64,000 nucleotides of DNA, taken from Candidatus Hodarchaeota archaeon. GTDB taxonomy: Archaea; Asgardarchaeota; Heimdallarchaeia; Hodarchaeales; Hodarchaeaceae. A program made the position numbers and the translations under genes. The first letter of the stretch is position 1. The number at the start of each line of letters is the position of its first letter. Of this stretch, positions 48,812 through 58,959 are shown in pieces. The notes under the pieces are model-generated. The model was not told the origin of the DNA. It did no database searches and saw only the letters and a list, made by a program, of their open reading frames with translations. The stretch spans positions 46,132-110,131 of the forward strand of contig JAEOTQ010000177.1 of the NCBI GenBank assembly GCA_016839785.1, read 5' to 3'.

Positions 48812-49981
48812 TTGTTAAATATAATTTGTTGCATTCAAACACCATTAAAGGAAATGATGATCATAACCAAAAAAGTAGGATTAATTGTAAATCCTATTGC
48901 TGGGATGGGGGGACGGGTAGGACTAAAAGGTACCGATGGGGTCGAAATTTTAGAACAAGCTAGGCTTTTAGGTGCACAACCTGAATCACATAACCGCGCA
49001 TTGATCGCAATTCAAAAATTACTACCAATTAAAGAGAAGATAGAATTAATTACCTATCCAGAAGAAATGGGAGGAATTATTGCTAAGAAATGTGGTTTTC
49101 AACCGACAATTATTGGGAGTATCTCAAAAGGAAAAACTACTTCAGAAGATACTCAAAAGGCCGCTAAAGATTTACTAGATTTAAATATTCATTTGCTCCT
49201 ATTCGCTGGTGGGGATGGAACAGCGAGAGACATCTATGATGCAATAGAAAGTAAGGTAGTCACTTTAGGAATTCCAACTGGAGTTAAAATCCAATCTGCA
49301 GTTTTTGCCCGCAATCCGACCCGTGCTGGGGAGCTAGCTCTAGCATTTCTCCAAGAGAGAACTCACAGAGTTAGGGAGACTGAAGTGATGGATATTGATG
49401 AAGATTTATTCAGAGAAGGAATTGTTAGAGCAAAATTATATGGTTATTTGACAATTCCGTATGAAAGAGCTCATGTTCAGAGCTCAAAAGCGGGTAGTCC
49501 TGAAACAGAAAGCTTCGCTCACCAAGCAATTGCAGAAGAGATTATAGAAAATATGGAAACCGATTATTTCTATATTGTTGGTCCAGGAACTACAACAAGA
49601 GCAATTATGGATAAGTTACAATTGGTAAATACTCTATTGGGAATTGATCTCATCTATAACAAGAAGTTGATCGCCAATGATCTAAATGAATCCAAACTTG
49701 TGCATCATATACAGGGAAAAAAAGTTAAATTAATTATAACGCCTATTGGAGGGCAGGGATACATACTTGGAAGAGGTAATCAGCAATTAAGCCCTGATAT
49801 TATTAAAAAAATCGGAAAAGAAAATATAGTTGTAATAGCAACAAGAAATAAACTTAATTCTTTAAATGGGCAGCCCTTATTAGTTGATTCTGGTGATAAG
49901 GGGGTAGACGAATTATTATGTGGGTATATAGGTATAATTACAGGCTATCGAGAAAAAAGTATTTACAAAGTTGTATGTTAG
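48812..49981 (+). CDS. ATP-NAD kinase family protein
   Basis: IVNPIAGMGGRVGLKGTDG, GGDGTARD, GIPTGVK, GGQGYILGRGNQQ. True start is likely the ATG near 48854. Confidence 0.88.
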   Translation: MLNIICCIQTPLKEMMIITKKVGLIVNPIAGMGGRVGLKGTDGVEILEQARLLGAQPESHNRALIAIQKLLPIKEKIELITYPEEMGGIIAKKCGFQPTIIGSISKGKTTSEDTQKAAKDLLDLNIHLLLFAGGDGTARDIYDAIESKVVTLGIPTGVKIQSAVFARNPTRAGELALAFLQERTHRVRETEVMDIDEDLFREGIVRAKLYGYLTIPYERAHVQSSKAGSPETESFAHQAIAEEIIENMETDYFYIVGPGTTTRAIMDKLQLVNTLLGIDLIYNKKLIANDLNESKLVHHIQGKKVKLIITPIGGQGYILGRGNQQLSPDIIKKIGKENIVVIATRNKLNSLNGQPLLVDSGDKGVDELLCGYIGIITGYREKSIYKVVC

Positions 49982-50007
49982 GGATTCTCTCAAATTATTG
50001 AGATTTT

Positions 50008-50047
50008 TCTAGACGATGAAAAGAAAATCCTGAGTTTTTCGTCTAGA
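50008..50047. terminator. Hairpin between convergent genes
   Basis: TCTAGACGA ... TCGTCTAGA 9-bp inverted repeat. Confidence 0.35.
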
Positions 50048-50051
50048 GTTT

Positions 50052-50306
50052 TCAATCTGTGTTTAACGAAGAAATCCTATCATTTGGTGTTTCGCAATAT
50101 GGACACACTCTCCATTCAGGATAAAGTATTGCACTACATACACGACAAGTAAATAATTCACTCGACCTCTTTCTACTATTAAGTAAAAATGGTGGAAACA
50201 AAAGAAAGAAGAACAAAAAGGGAAAATCGAAGAATACGAACAAGAATAGACTAACTACACTTATTGTGAGTGATATAACAAAGATCACAATCCGCTGATT
50301 ATTCAT
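50052..50306 (-). CDS. Small membrane protein with zinc ribbon
   Basis: Hydrophobic N-terminus, CRVC...CPYC. Confidence 0.7.
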   Translation of the reverse strand: MNNQRIVIFVISLTISVVSLFLFVFFDFPFLFFFLLFPPFLLNSRKRSSELFTCRVCSAILYPEWRVCPYCETPNDRISSLNTD

Positions 50307-50346
50307 CTAGATCAACATTTTTAGAAGGCTATCTGATCCTTAGATC

Positions 50347-51285
50347 TTAATTCTTTTCATTCTCAGTGACCCACATCCGAGCATGATCTTCTAACGTATG
50401 TGGGGTATAGTTAAAGGTATTCTGAAGAAGCTGATAATCTTTCTCTACCTGCAATGCAATTTCTGATTCAAAACTATTCAATAAGAGAATAAAAGGAAGC
50501 AATTGTGAGATATAAGGCATAATAGGACGTAAAAGACTTGTAATTTTCACTGCAACTTTCAAGGGAAACAGGGGAATTTTTCCAAAGGGAATTTCTTTTC
50601 CTATAACTTTTGAAATACGTTCTGCGGCTTCAGGAAATGAAGGAGCCGATGGACCAGCTAATCTATATCGTTTTTGGGGCAATTTCGTTACTAGTACAGC
50701 TTGAGCTGCAATCTCTCCCAGATCAAGGGGAGAAATATTTGGTAGGGATGAGGGACCTCCGCCTGGTACACGCATTTTCCCTCCACGAATTAAAGAAAAA
50801 AAGATTTCAATTGAAGGGGGTGCTCCTAAGATTGTATAATCAAATGTTGATTGTTCTAATGCTTCCTCTATAGCATATTTGATCTTCCCTGATTCCATTT
50901 TTATGTCTGGAACAGGTTTTTCATATACAGATATATACACGATACGTTGGATGTGTCTCTCGGATGCAATTTGAAAGAGTTTTAGAATCGAATCATGTTC
51001 AATTAAACGTAGTTGACGAATAGTCTTTCGATTAAACGCAGAAACCGCAATAACTATTGCACTACAATCTTGTAGACTTGTGGTTAACACTACTTGATCT
51101 AAAATATTCCCCTCTATGATTTCTAGTAAAGGATCTTTTCCTAGAATCAGGAGTGCTTTTTCCTTATTCCTCGATAATACTCGAACAGGAATATCTTTAT
51201 TCAATAATGCCCTTACGATATGTTGTCCATAGTGTCCTGTTCCACCAATTACTAAGATAAGATCCGCATTCTTTTTGATTGACAA
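50347..51285 (-). CDS. NmrA-like atypical SDR (NAD(P)H-binding)
   Basis: LVIGGTGHYG, VRVLSR, IVYIS, ISPLDLG, LAGP. Confidence 0.88.
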   Translation of the reverse strand: MSIKKNADLILVIGGTGHYGQHIVRALLNKDIPVRVLSRNKEKALLILGKDPLLEIIEGNILDQVVLTTSLQDCSAIVIAVSAFNRKTIRQLRLIEHDSILKLFQIASERHIQRIVYISVYEKPVPDIKMESGKIKYAIEEALEQSTFDYTILGAPPSIEIFFSLIRGGKMRVPGGGPSSLPNISPLDLGEIAAQAVLVTKLPQKRYRLAGPSAPSFPEAAERISKVIGKEIPFGKIPLFPLKVAVKITSLLRPIMPYISQLLPFILLLNSFESEIALQVEKDYQLLQNTFNYTPHTLEDHARMWVTENEKN

Positions 51286-51758
51286 CAGTATTCCTCACTG
51301 ATTTATCCATTCCAACCTCATAGTTTATTTGTTTTTTTTATGGTAAAAAATTAGTAGTATTGGAATAGCCGTTAAAAAGCCAATCAAATCAAAATTAGTC
51401 GAACTACTTCTTATCATTGTTTGGTTCACGATCAATGGTATTCAAAATCTCCATTTGTCAAAATTAATATACTTGCGAATGGTGCAAATAGAAGCATAGA
51501 ATGAAATACAACGATTTTCTCTCTCTAAGAATAAAAAACCTTTTGTATCAGGGATAATGAGAGGTAGACAAAGCCTAAGAGAAGATTAATAAAAGGAAGA
51601 AATACGGTTCAATCAACGATACCTCATCTCTCATGAATATGATCAAAGATTAGAATAATTATGGTCAAAATTAGGATAGATTTGTATTTTAACATTTAAT
51701 TCGTATATATCCACATAGAAACCTTAATTTTACTATTATTGGAGAGAAACTTATTATA

Positions 51759-52925
51759 ATGCCTCCACAAACAAGAAAAACTATATTAAATAGAGTACGT
51801 AAATATTTAAGACAACACCCTAACGAATTAAAGGGAGTCCGAGGATTTCATAAGAATCGGTTAGAAGGTTTAATTCAGCGATTAGATGCATTTGCTCTAA
51901 TTGAATCTTTACCTTGGAATGTTCCAGATAGGACATTATTTAGAGAAATAGCATTAGCAGCAGGTGTTCAATTTGTACGACAATACCCCTTCCTTTATCA
52001 CACACCCAATTCTCTACGTGCCTGCTTCGGTATGCCTACACGTACTGATCGTAAAAAAGGCCGATATTCCTCAATATTTTATCGAAATGAAGCCGTAGAA
52101 CGTCAATTACGTCCACGTGTTGAAGACTTAGAATCAATTCAAGCATTGATTAATACTGCTAAAGAATCTGAATTTGTAGAATTACTTCCTACTCTAAATA
52201 ATTATATCGAAAGAGCAAAACGGAGAAGATATGCTGAAGAACTAATTGAAGCTCCAGAAAGCGATCATTCAAAAGATAGTATTAACGTTTTAAGATCCTT
52301 TCTGTCTGAAATTGGATTTGAGGATCTACAAGAAGCTTCAGATATGGAAGAAAAGCAATTAGAAGACCTATATGGAGTTATTCTGGCACCAGATCTAGTA
52401 GGGAAGTGGAAAGACCGAGAATGGTGGGTAGAATTGAAAGAGTATCATTCATTGAAATTCAATTCTAAAGTCGTTTTCCAAGTTTTTCGGTATTTATATC
52501 ACACACCATATGTTATTCTAGCAAGTATTTCACCATTACCAGCTTTTACTGAATTAATTGGACAAGAAACGTGGGTTTCTACAGAACTTCATCAATGGGG
52601 AAAAGAAAAAGAGATTGAACTGAACGAGAGGGTGAACTTATGGACTGGCATGCGAAAAACCTATCAGAATTTTGGCCGCACGCTGGAGCTTACACCTCGA
52701 TTTGAAGCATTACTCTTAGCACTTACAAATGAAATTGTGACCCGTGAAATTGGTTTAGCAGGAACTGAGTTACGTGGAATTGAAAAATTCCTGGATATTG
52801 TTATGAAATTTGATATTCCCATCAAAATTATGGATTTTGATAAATTTCTTCAACGGCATGAAACAGAACTTCCAAAACCCCTATTACTATTGAAAATGGA
52901 TTTTTCAGAAGAATCACAGGACTAA
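51759..52925 (+). CDS. Hypothetical protein with PD-(D/E)XK nuclease-like motif
   Basis: APDLVG...WVELKE...FQVFRY (PD...ExK...QxxxY). Confidence 0.6.
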   Translation: MPPQTRKTILNRVRKYLRQHPNELKGVRGFHKNRLEGLIQRLDAFALIESLPWNVPDRTLFREIALAAGVQFVRQYPFLYHTPNSLRACFGMPTRTDRKKGRYSSIFYRNEAVERQLRPRVEDLESIQALINTAKESEFVELLPTLNNYIERAKRRRYAEELIEAPESDHSKDSINVLRSFLSEIGFEDLQEASDMEEKQLEDLYGVILAPDLVGKWKDREWWVELKEYHSLKFNSKVVFQVFRYLYHTPYVILASISPLPAFTELIGQETWVSTELHQWGKEKEIELNERVNLWTGMRKTYQNFGRTLELTPRFEALLLALTNEIVTREIGLAGTELRGIEKFLDIVMKFDIPIKIMDFDKFLQRHETELPKPLLLLKMDFSEESQD

Positions 52926-53686
52926 ACTGTAAGTTCGAATAATTCAGGGCCACCAAATGAGGGCCAAATAAAAAGAAGTCCAAAGATTATTATGAGAACT
53001 CCCATAATGAGTTCTACTAGTCTGAATTTCTCCGCTAAATATTGAGCTGCTCGTACTCGCGCTTCAGCAGTAACAACGACAAGGATAAAATAAGGAATAA
53101 ACAGCCCAAGGCTAAATAACGAAAGCCCAATTAATGTAAACACGGGATTTACAGCTTTAATGATGATAAGTATTAACGCATAAAAAACAGAGAATGCACA
53201 AGGAAGAGCTATAAACGAATATCCAAATCCAATCAGAAACAGATCCATCTGTTTGTATTCTTCACGTGCCATTAGGTTGGAAATTTTCATAGGGATCGGA
53301 ATTTTAGCAAAGGTTTTCTCCGATAGTTTTGGATAAAGAATGAATATCCCCATTATGACTAGCAGGACGCCTAATAAGAAAGAAAATGGTCTATAAATAC
53401 CCTGAATTTGCGTAGCAATTCCAACCCATAAATACATTATGATTAGGGCGACTCCTAAAAATGTAACTAAAATTCCACTAACTAAAATGCTTACCCATTT
53501 CAGAGCAGTGAAACGAGAAGGATGAACTGTATTACCCTCCGAATCGGTGATATCCTTGTTCATAATTCGAAAGATTGTCAGAGGCATTATTGGAAACAAG
53601 CATGGTGAAAGAGCAACGTACAATCCAGCTAAGAAAAATAACGGAAGGCCAATTGAATCATCAATAAAGAGACCAAATATATACAT
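52922..53686 (-). CDS. ccdA: CcdA/DsbD-family disulfide transfer membrane protein
   Basis: ALSPCLFPIMP and ALPCA catalytic Cys motifs; 6 TM. Confidence 0.88.
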   Translation of the reverse strand: MYIFGLFIDDSIGLPLFFLAGLYVALSPCLFPIMPLTIFRIMNKDITDSEGNTVHPSRFTALKWVSILVSGILVTFLGVALIIMYLWVGIATQIQGIYRPFSFLLGVLLVIMGIFILYPKLSEKTFAKIPIPMKISNLMAREEYKQMDLFLIGFGYSFIALPCAFSVFYALILIIIKAVNPVFTLIGLSLFSLGLFIPYFILVVVTAEARVRAAQYLAEKFRLVELIMGVLIIIFGLLFIWPSFGGPELFELTV

Positions 53687-53711
53687 AAACTCACCCGTGC
53701 TTTTATAACAT

Positions 53712-54395
53712 CTAATCGGCTCTTATCCAACTACTCATAACTGATTCGGAAGTAATTCCTGGAGGGTGGTCAATGTATTTACGTATCCCCTGACTATTAA
53801 AAAATGCCATCGTCGGTATAGAATTAATTTGATAACGTGAAGCCGCTTTTAACGTCGCATCACGTCCTACAATCCATTCCATTTCATGTTCAAGGGAATA
53901 TCCTTCAAGAATACTAATAGTATCATCCTTTTCAATCGAAACAGAGATAATATGAACATTAGGATATTTAGTTTGCAATTTCTGCAATTCTATTATTTGG
54001 GTTGCACAGGGTTGACACCAAGTAGCAAAGAAATCGAGTATGATGGAGGCACCCAAATAATCCGATAACATAACTTGTGAGTAATTAAGGAGCTGGATTT
54101 GAAAATCCAGACCATCTGTCAGTTTAACCTCACTCTCTGTATCTTGAGTGGAAGGGAGGGATCCAAAAGAAAGCAGTAATGTTGCTGCAATAGCGATAAT
54201 TACGATGGCCATTCCAATCGTGGTAGGTTTGACAGTATTTCCCGAAATTTCACTCGAAGAAGCCAAATTTTTTCGTTTGGTTTGAATTGAATCTAAAGAG
54301 TGGAGTACATCATCATACGTCTCTTCTTCGGATGAAGTGTTACTACCTACTGCTTTTGATGGAATTTTTATCGATCTTCTTGCCATAGTTAACAC
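53712..54395 (-). CDS. Membrane-anchored TlpA/ResA-like thioredoxin
   Basis: TM, then LDFFATWCQPC and YQINSIPT. Confidence 0.9.
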   Translation of the reverse strand: MLTMARRSIKIPSKAVGSNTSSEEETYDDVLHSLDSIQTKRKNLASSSEISGNTVKPTTIGMAIVIIAIAATLLLSFGSLPSTQDTESEVKLTDGLDFQIQLLNYSQVMLSDYLGASIILDFFATWCQPCATQIIELQKLQTKYPNVHIISVSIEKDDTISILEGYSLEHEMEWIVGRDATLKAASRYQINSIPTMAFFNSQGIRKYIDHPPGITSESVMSSWIRAD

Positions 54396-54453
54396 TTAAT
54401 ACTCTTTAACAAGAATTTTTCCTCCCCTCTTTTTGTCGATTTTGATGCGATTT

Positions 54454-55197
54454 TCACCAATACAGTTCTTTAGCAGGAGTATATTTTTGGGTGAAATTTT
54501 CCGCAACTTTTCCATCAGATAATCGTACAACCCGGTCACCAAGTGGGCATATTGCTGGATTATGTGTAACAATGAGTACTGTACGATTTTGAGCTTTACC
54601 TGTCATCGCTTCCATAATTTCTAACACATTTCGACCAATTTGATAATCTAAATTTCCAGTCGGTTCATCCGCAAGGAGAATTTCGGGCTCTTTAGCCAAT
54701 GCGCGCGCAATTGAAACTCGTTGTTGTTCACCACCACTCAGCTGGGTTGGAAAATGATGCATTCTATCTTTCAATCCGACCTTATCAATGTATTCTTCCG
54801 CCTTCTCACGAATGATTTTACTCTTAAACGAAGGCTTACCATTCTCTTGTTTAACACCGATAAGATCAATGGCATACTCAATATTTTCAAGTGCATTTAA
54901 TCTAGAGAGGAGATTAAAGAATTGGAATACTACACCGATTTTTTTCTTACGATAAGCAGTAAGCCATTTCGCAGAGAGGGAAGACACAGGAATCTCATCT
55001 ACGGTGACTTCTCCTGAGTCAGGTATATCCAAGCCACCTATCATGTTTAAAAGAGTGGTTTTACCTGCACCCGAAGGGCCATATAGGATAACTAATTCGC
55101 CCCTATCTATTTCTAAATTAATACCATTTAATGCAATTGTCTTCGTTTCTCCCAACGAGTACGTCTTTGATAATTCTTTTATCACGATGAATGCCAT
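54454..55197 (-). CDS. ABC ATP-binding subunit (LolD/MacB type)
   Basis: [29 protein letters not shown]. Confidence 0.95.
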   Translation of the reverse strand: MAFIVIKELSKTYSLGETKTIALNGINLEIDRGELVILYGPSGAGKTTLLNMIGGLDIPDSGEVTVDEIPVSSLSAKWLTAYRKKKIGVVFQFFNLLSRLNALENIEYAIDLIGVKQENGKPSFKSKIIREKAEEYIDKVGLKDRMHHFPTQLSGGEQQRVSIARALAKEPEILLADEPTGNLDYQIGRNVLEIMEAMTGKAQNRTVLIVTHNPAICPLGDRVVRLSDGKVAENFTQKYTPAKELYW

Positions 55198-55208
55198 GAT
55201 TCTACCTC

Positions 55209-57743
55209 CTAGACTACTCGCTCCTTTGTTGCTTCTGCTAAGTTTAAATTTAGGGTTTTACGCAAAGGAAAGTATTGAGTAACAAGAACTCCTATATATG
55301 TAAGGATAAAACTCGTTAGAATGGTATTGTTGCTTATAAAGAGCTTGATACGGAAAAACTCCATATCTAGAATAACACGCATGAAAAACCACAGCAAAAT
55401 CCAGCCGAAAATTAAACCAAGTACTGTTCCTACAAAAGTTATAATGGTATTTTCAACAGTTACATTCCTTATCAACTTTCTATTGTTTGTTCCTATAGTA
55501 AGAAGAGTAGCAATTTCTCTTTGCTGTTCTTGAAGGCCTATATATATCGTGTTGTAAATAATTGCACAAGAAAGAATTACAGCAAAAATAGCGACGATAT
55601 AAATAATATTATAGAGTAAATCCATTAGTTTTAGCAATTCCCCTCTTTGTTCAGCTTTAGTAGCAATATTTCGGACATTATACCCATATTTCTCGTAGAT
55701 CTCTTCACGAATTATATCTAAACGTTCTGGAGTAGGATCCTCGATCTTCAAGAGGATGGTATTAGCAGGTTCTCCAGGAAAATTGCTAACTGATGCCAAT
55801 TTCTCTAGACCGACAAAAGCAGTTAGACCATTAAATTCGTCAATTATTCCAGTAATTTGAAATGTGATATTAATTAGCTCGAAATGGGCTCGTAAGGGAG
55901 TCGTAGAGACTAATTTTGTTAATTTGGGAAGTTCTAAATTCACTTCATCGTTTAATCCAACATTTAATGCATCTGCAACCGGTACAGAGAGAACAATACC
56001 ATCTGCATTCCAACCACCAGCTTCAAAATCGAAAGTATGACCTAAATATCCATCTGAGTCATTCATACCTATTACACTCACCTGTTTGCTAGAGGATGAT
56101 TCGGAAGAAGTGACAGTGGCTCCAGATAACAGATGATAGGTAATATCTGTGACACCTTCAACATTCTGCTTTATTGATCGTGCAATCTGCGAACCATTCG
56201 TTGGTATTTCTGAAAAATCAACTTTTAGATCCCAATTTTCTGAAACATCATAATAGAAGGTTAATGATCCATCCATTGACTCGATCATACCAAAGGCCAT
56301 TGAAATCAATGATACAGAAACAATGATTGCGAATACAGAGGAGAATGTGCGTCTTTTACTTCGAAAGAAATTCCTTAGAGGGAGTCTTAATCCTGTTACG
56401 CTTGGAGTAATCTTGAATTTCCGAATAACGCGCTCTATCAATGGAATTTTACCTGTAGTGATATGTAGAGAGGGATCAAATCGAAGACTTTCAGCTGGAA
56501 GTGGTTGTATAGCCCCGCGCACTGGGAAGTATCCGCCTACAAGTCCTGTTAATATTCCTATAATAATACCAGCAATTACAATGGGCCATTCAATTGTGAC
56601 TTCAGGGTCAAAGGGAATAGTTAGCATGTCAACATAAAGAGGACTAAAATAGCTTAAGAACCACAGACCTAGGAATGTGCCAATAATCGTACCAACAATT
56701 GCTATTACCAAAGAAATGCCTAGGTATTGCAAAATAATAGTTCTTCTATCGTAACCAAGTGCCTGAGCGACACCAATATCTTTTCTTTCTGCAACAACCA
56801 TTCTACTAAAAAGTACATACAAACCACCAATAGCCATGCCTAAGATGATCAGTGGGAGAACAATGCCAAATTCACGGGCCTCTTCTATATCAATTAGTAA
56901 GAGCCAGTATGCGGCTTGATTATCGATATCTATAGGATCACTCAATTTAAGATTGTAATTTGTCTCCAAGAATATTTTCAGATCATCTGCAATGTTTTCA
57001 CGACTTTTTTTAGACAATCCATCCTCTAACAATACCGATATCTCATTAACTTTTCCTTGAACTCCCAATAAGGACTGCGCGGCTCTTAAGGGTAAAAACA
57101 CAACCCCAAAGCGCCGTGGACTTGGCATGATATCTGAAAACTCACCCTGATTAATTAAATACTCTGGAGATGCAATAACCCCTGCTATTTCAAATGGAGT
57201 TCTTGCGTCGCCAATCGCAATAAATTCTTGGGGCTCTAACTTCCAGTATTCTGCAAGATGCGTCTCAACAAGACATACATTTTGATATCGACTAAGTTCG
57301 GAAAATGGAGTACCGGAGAGAATTCTATACCCGTTAACATCAGACTGGTCACGATGATTTCCTTGGGAATCCAAAGTGTTCATCGCGACAATTCTTCCAT
57401 TTTGTTTTTCACCACGTATCTCAAATACAGTACTGTGCACAATTCTAAGTTCGTAGGCTTTTACACGCGGTTCTTGCTTTTGAAATTCACTCAGAAAATT
57501 TGTTAAATTAGCGTAATCAATCCAGGCATCCTCCCCTGACCCTCCAGGATTGGCAGTTTGTATAGTAAAACTTGCCATATTATGTTCTTCGAATGCTGTA
57601 TCGTAGGTACGAGTCATATGGACAAAAGCAGTAATCATTCCGTTAAATGATGTAATACCAATTGCGATGACTAGCGCAATAGTGAATAAGCGTAATTTAC
57701 TCGCATTTATTGCCCGATAAATATTTTTAACTGTTTTTGCCAT
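55209..57743 (-). CDS. FtsX/MacB-like ABC permease (two halves)
   Basis: ERKDIGVAQALG, LRNFFRSKRR, QREIATLLTIG. Confidence 0.9.
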   Translation of the reverse strand: MAKTVKNIYRAINASKLRLFTIALVIAIGITSFNGMITAFVHMTRTYDTAFEEHNMASFTIQTANPGGSGEDAWIDYANLTNFLSEFQKQEPRVKAYELRIVHSTVFEIRGEKQNGRIVAMNTLDSQGNHRDQSDVNGYRILSGTPFSELSRYQNVCLVETHLAEYWKLEPQEFIAIGDARTPFEIAGVIASPEYLINQGEFSDIMPSPRRFGVVFLPLRAAQSLLGVQGKVNEISVLLEDGLSKKSRENIADDLKIFLETNYNLKLSDPIDIDNQAAYWLLLIDIEEAREFGIVLPLIILGMAIGGLYVLFSRMVVAERKDIGVAQALGYDRRTIILQYLGISLVIAIVGTIIGTFLGLWFLSYFSPLYVDMLTIPFDPEVTIEWPIVIAGIIIGILTGLVGGYFPVRGAIQPLPAESLRFDPSLHITTGKIPLIERVIRKFKITPSVTGLRLPLRNFFRSKRRTFSSVFAIIVSVSLISMAFGMIESMDGSLTFYYDVSENWDLKVDFSEIPTNGSQIARSIKQNVEGVTDITYHLLSGATVTSSESSSSKQVSVIGMNDSDGYLGHTFDFEAGGWNADGIVLSVPVADALNVGLNDEVNLELPKLTKLVSTTPLRAHFELINITFQITGIIDEFNGLTAFVGLEKLASVSNFPGEPANTILLKIEDPTPERLDIIREEIYEKYGYNVRNIATKAEQRGELLKLMDLLYNIIYIVAIFAVILSCAIIYNTIYIGLQEQQREIATLLTIGTNNRKLIRNVTVENTIITFVGTVLGLIFGWILLWFFMRVILDMEFFRIKLFISNNTILTSFILTYIGVLVTQYFPLRKTLNLNLAEATKERVV

Positions 57744-57757
57744 TTTTGATCACTAAT

Positions 57758-58510
57758 TTACCAAGATAATTCCTCTGCATGGATAGGAGTCTGTTTTTCA
57801 ATCGAATCAACTTCACCTGATCGTAAACGAATTACTATATCGCCGATTTGAGATATTTTCTGATTATGTGTTACGAGGACGGTTAAAACATCAGGCCGTT
57901 CTTTCATCATATTTTGAAGGACGGCAAGTACTTGTTTTCCCTCTGCCACTGATAATTCTCCAGTTGGTTCATCACAAAGAAGAAGTTCAGGATTTTTAGC
58001 CATCGCACGAGCTGCAGCAACTCGTTGTTGTTCACCACCTGATAATTGAGAAGGAAAATGATAACGCTTTTCAAATAACCCAACTTTCCGTAGATAATCT
58101 GTTGCACGCTTTGTAACCTCTTTTCGAGAAAGTCTTGAGGCTAATTCTATCGCATATTCAACGTTCTCAAGTGCATTAAAAACAGGAAGTAAATTAAAAA
58201 ATTGAAAGATGAATCCACATTTCTCACGTCGATATTTGGTTAATTGCTTTTTATTCAATCTAGTAATATCTAAATCGTTAACTATAATTCTTCCGTCACA
58301 CTTATCAATAGCACCAAGTACATTAAGAAGTGTTGTCTTACCAGATCCTGAAGGACCTAATACCACAACAAGCTTTCCAGTTTCTAAAGATAATGAAACA
58401 TCTTTTAATGCATGGATTTCATGATTTCCCATTTTGTACACTCGATTGACATGTTCAAGTGTAACTACCCCTTCAAGTGAAATTTTGATACCTTGATCTG
58501 TGACATACAT
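57758..58510 (-). CDS. ABC ATP-binding subunit (LolD/MacB type)
   Basis: [29 protein letters not shown]. Confidence 0.95.
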   Translation of the reverse strand: MYVTDQGIKISLEGVVTLEHVNRVYKMGNHEIHALKDVSLSLETGKLVVVLGPSGSGKTTLLNVLGAIDKCDGRIIVNDLDITRLNKKQLTKYRREKCGFIFQFFNLLPVFNALENVEYAIELASRLSRKEVTKRATDYLRKVGLFEKRYHFPSQLSGGEQQRVAAARAMAKNPELLLCDEPTGELSVAEGKQVLAVLQNMMKERPDVLTVLVTHNQKISQIGDIVIRLRSGEVDSIEKQTPIHAEELSW

Positions 58511-58546
58511 TCTAGGGATTCATCTCTCGTTTAGGTTGTTTTTAGC

Positions 58547-58948
58547 TTAGGACAAGCCTTTGACTGAAGGATCAATTTCTTTTACAACTTTGGTTCCTGC
58601 TCGCAAGAAGAAAAAGCGCTTAAAGTGCAAAGTAAACATTCTTTTGGTAGATTCATAAGAATCAGTTACAACTCGTATGCCAAGGACCAGTTTGCCTACA
58701 GATTGACCATTCGTTAAGCTAGACATCAAGATATGATATATTGGGAAAGCAACAAAGAACCAAAGAACAACTAACGACATTGCTTCGCCTTCTAAATTGA
58801 ATAACTTCGACCAAAATATATCATACTCCAATGTCCAGCCTATATCTACTAAAAATGCAAGAATTACTCCTATCACAATATCAATAATCAAAGCGATTAA
58901 ACGGAGAACAATTGATGCATCTTCATATTCAATTCGTTTCATAGACAT
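58547..58948 (-). CDS. RDD family membrane protein
   Basis: ASIVLRLIALIID and GQSVGKLVLGIRVV. Confidence 0.9.
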   Translation of the reverse strand: MSMKRIEYEDASIVLRLIALIIDIVIGVILAFLVDIGWTLEYDIFWSKLFNLEGEAMSLVVLWFFVAFPIYHILMSSLTNGQSVGKLVLGIRVVTDSYESTKRMFTLHFKRFFFLRAGTKVVKEIDPSVKGLS

Positions 58949-58959
58949 TTTTTACACCT

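Noticed and set aside
48809-48814. gcvPB stop directly followed by an in-frame TTG, suggesting a fusion.
   Set aside because: The stop is TAA and kinase homology starts about 19 codons later, so the real start is downstream.
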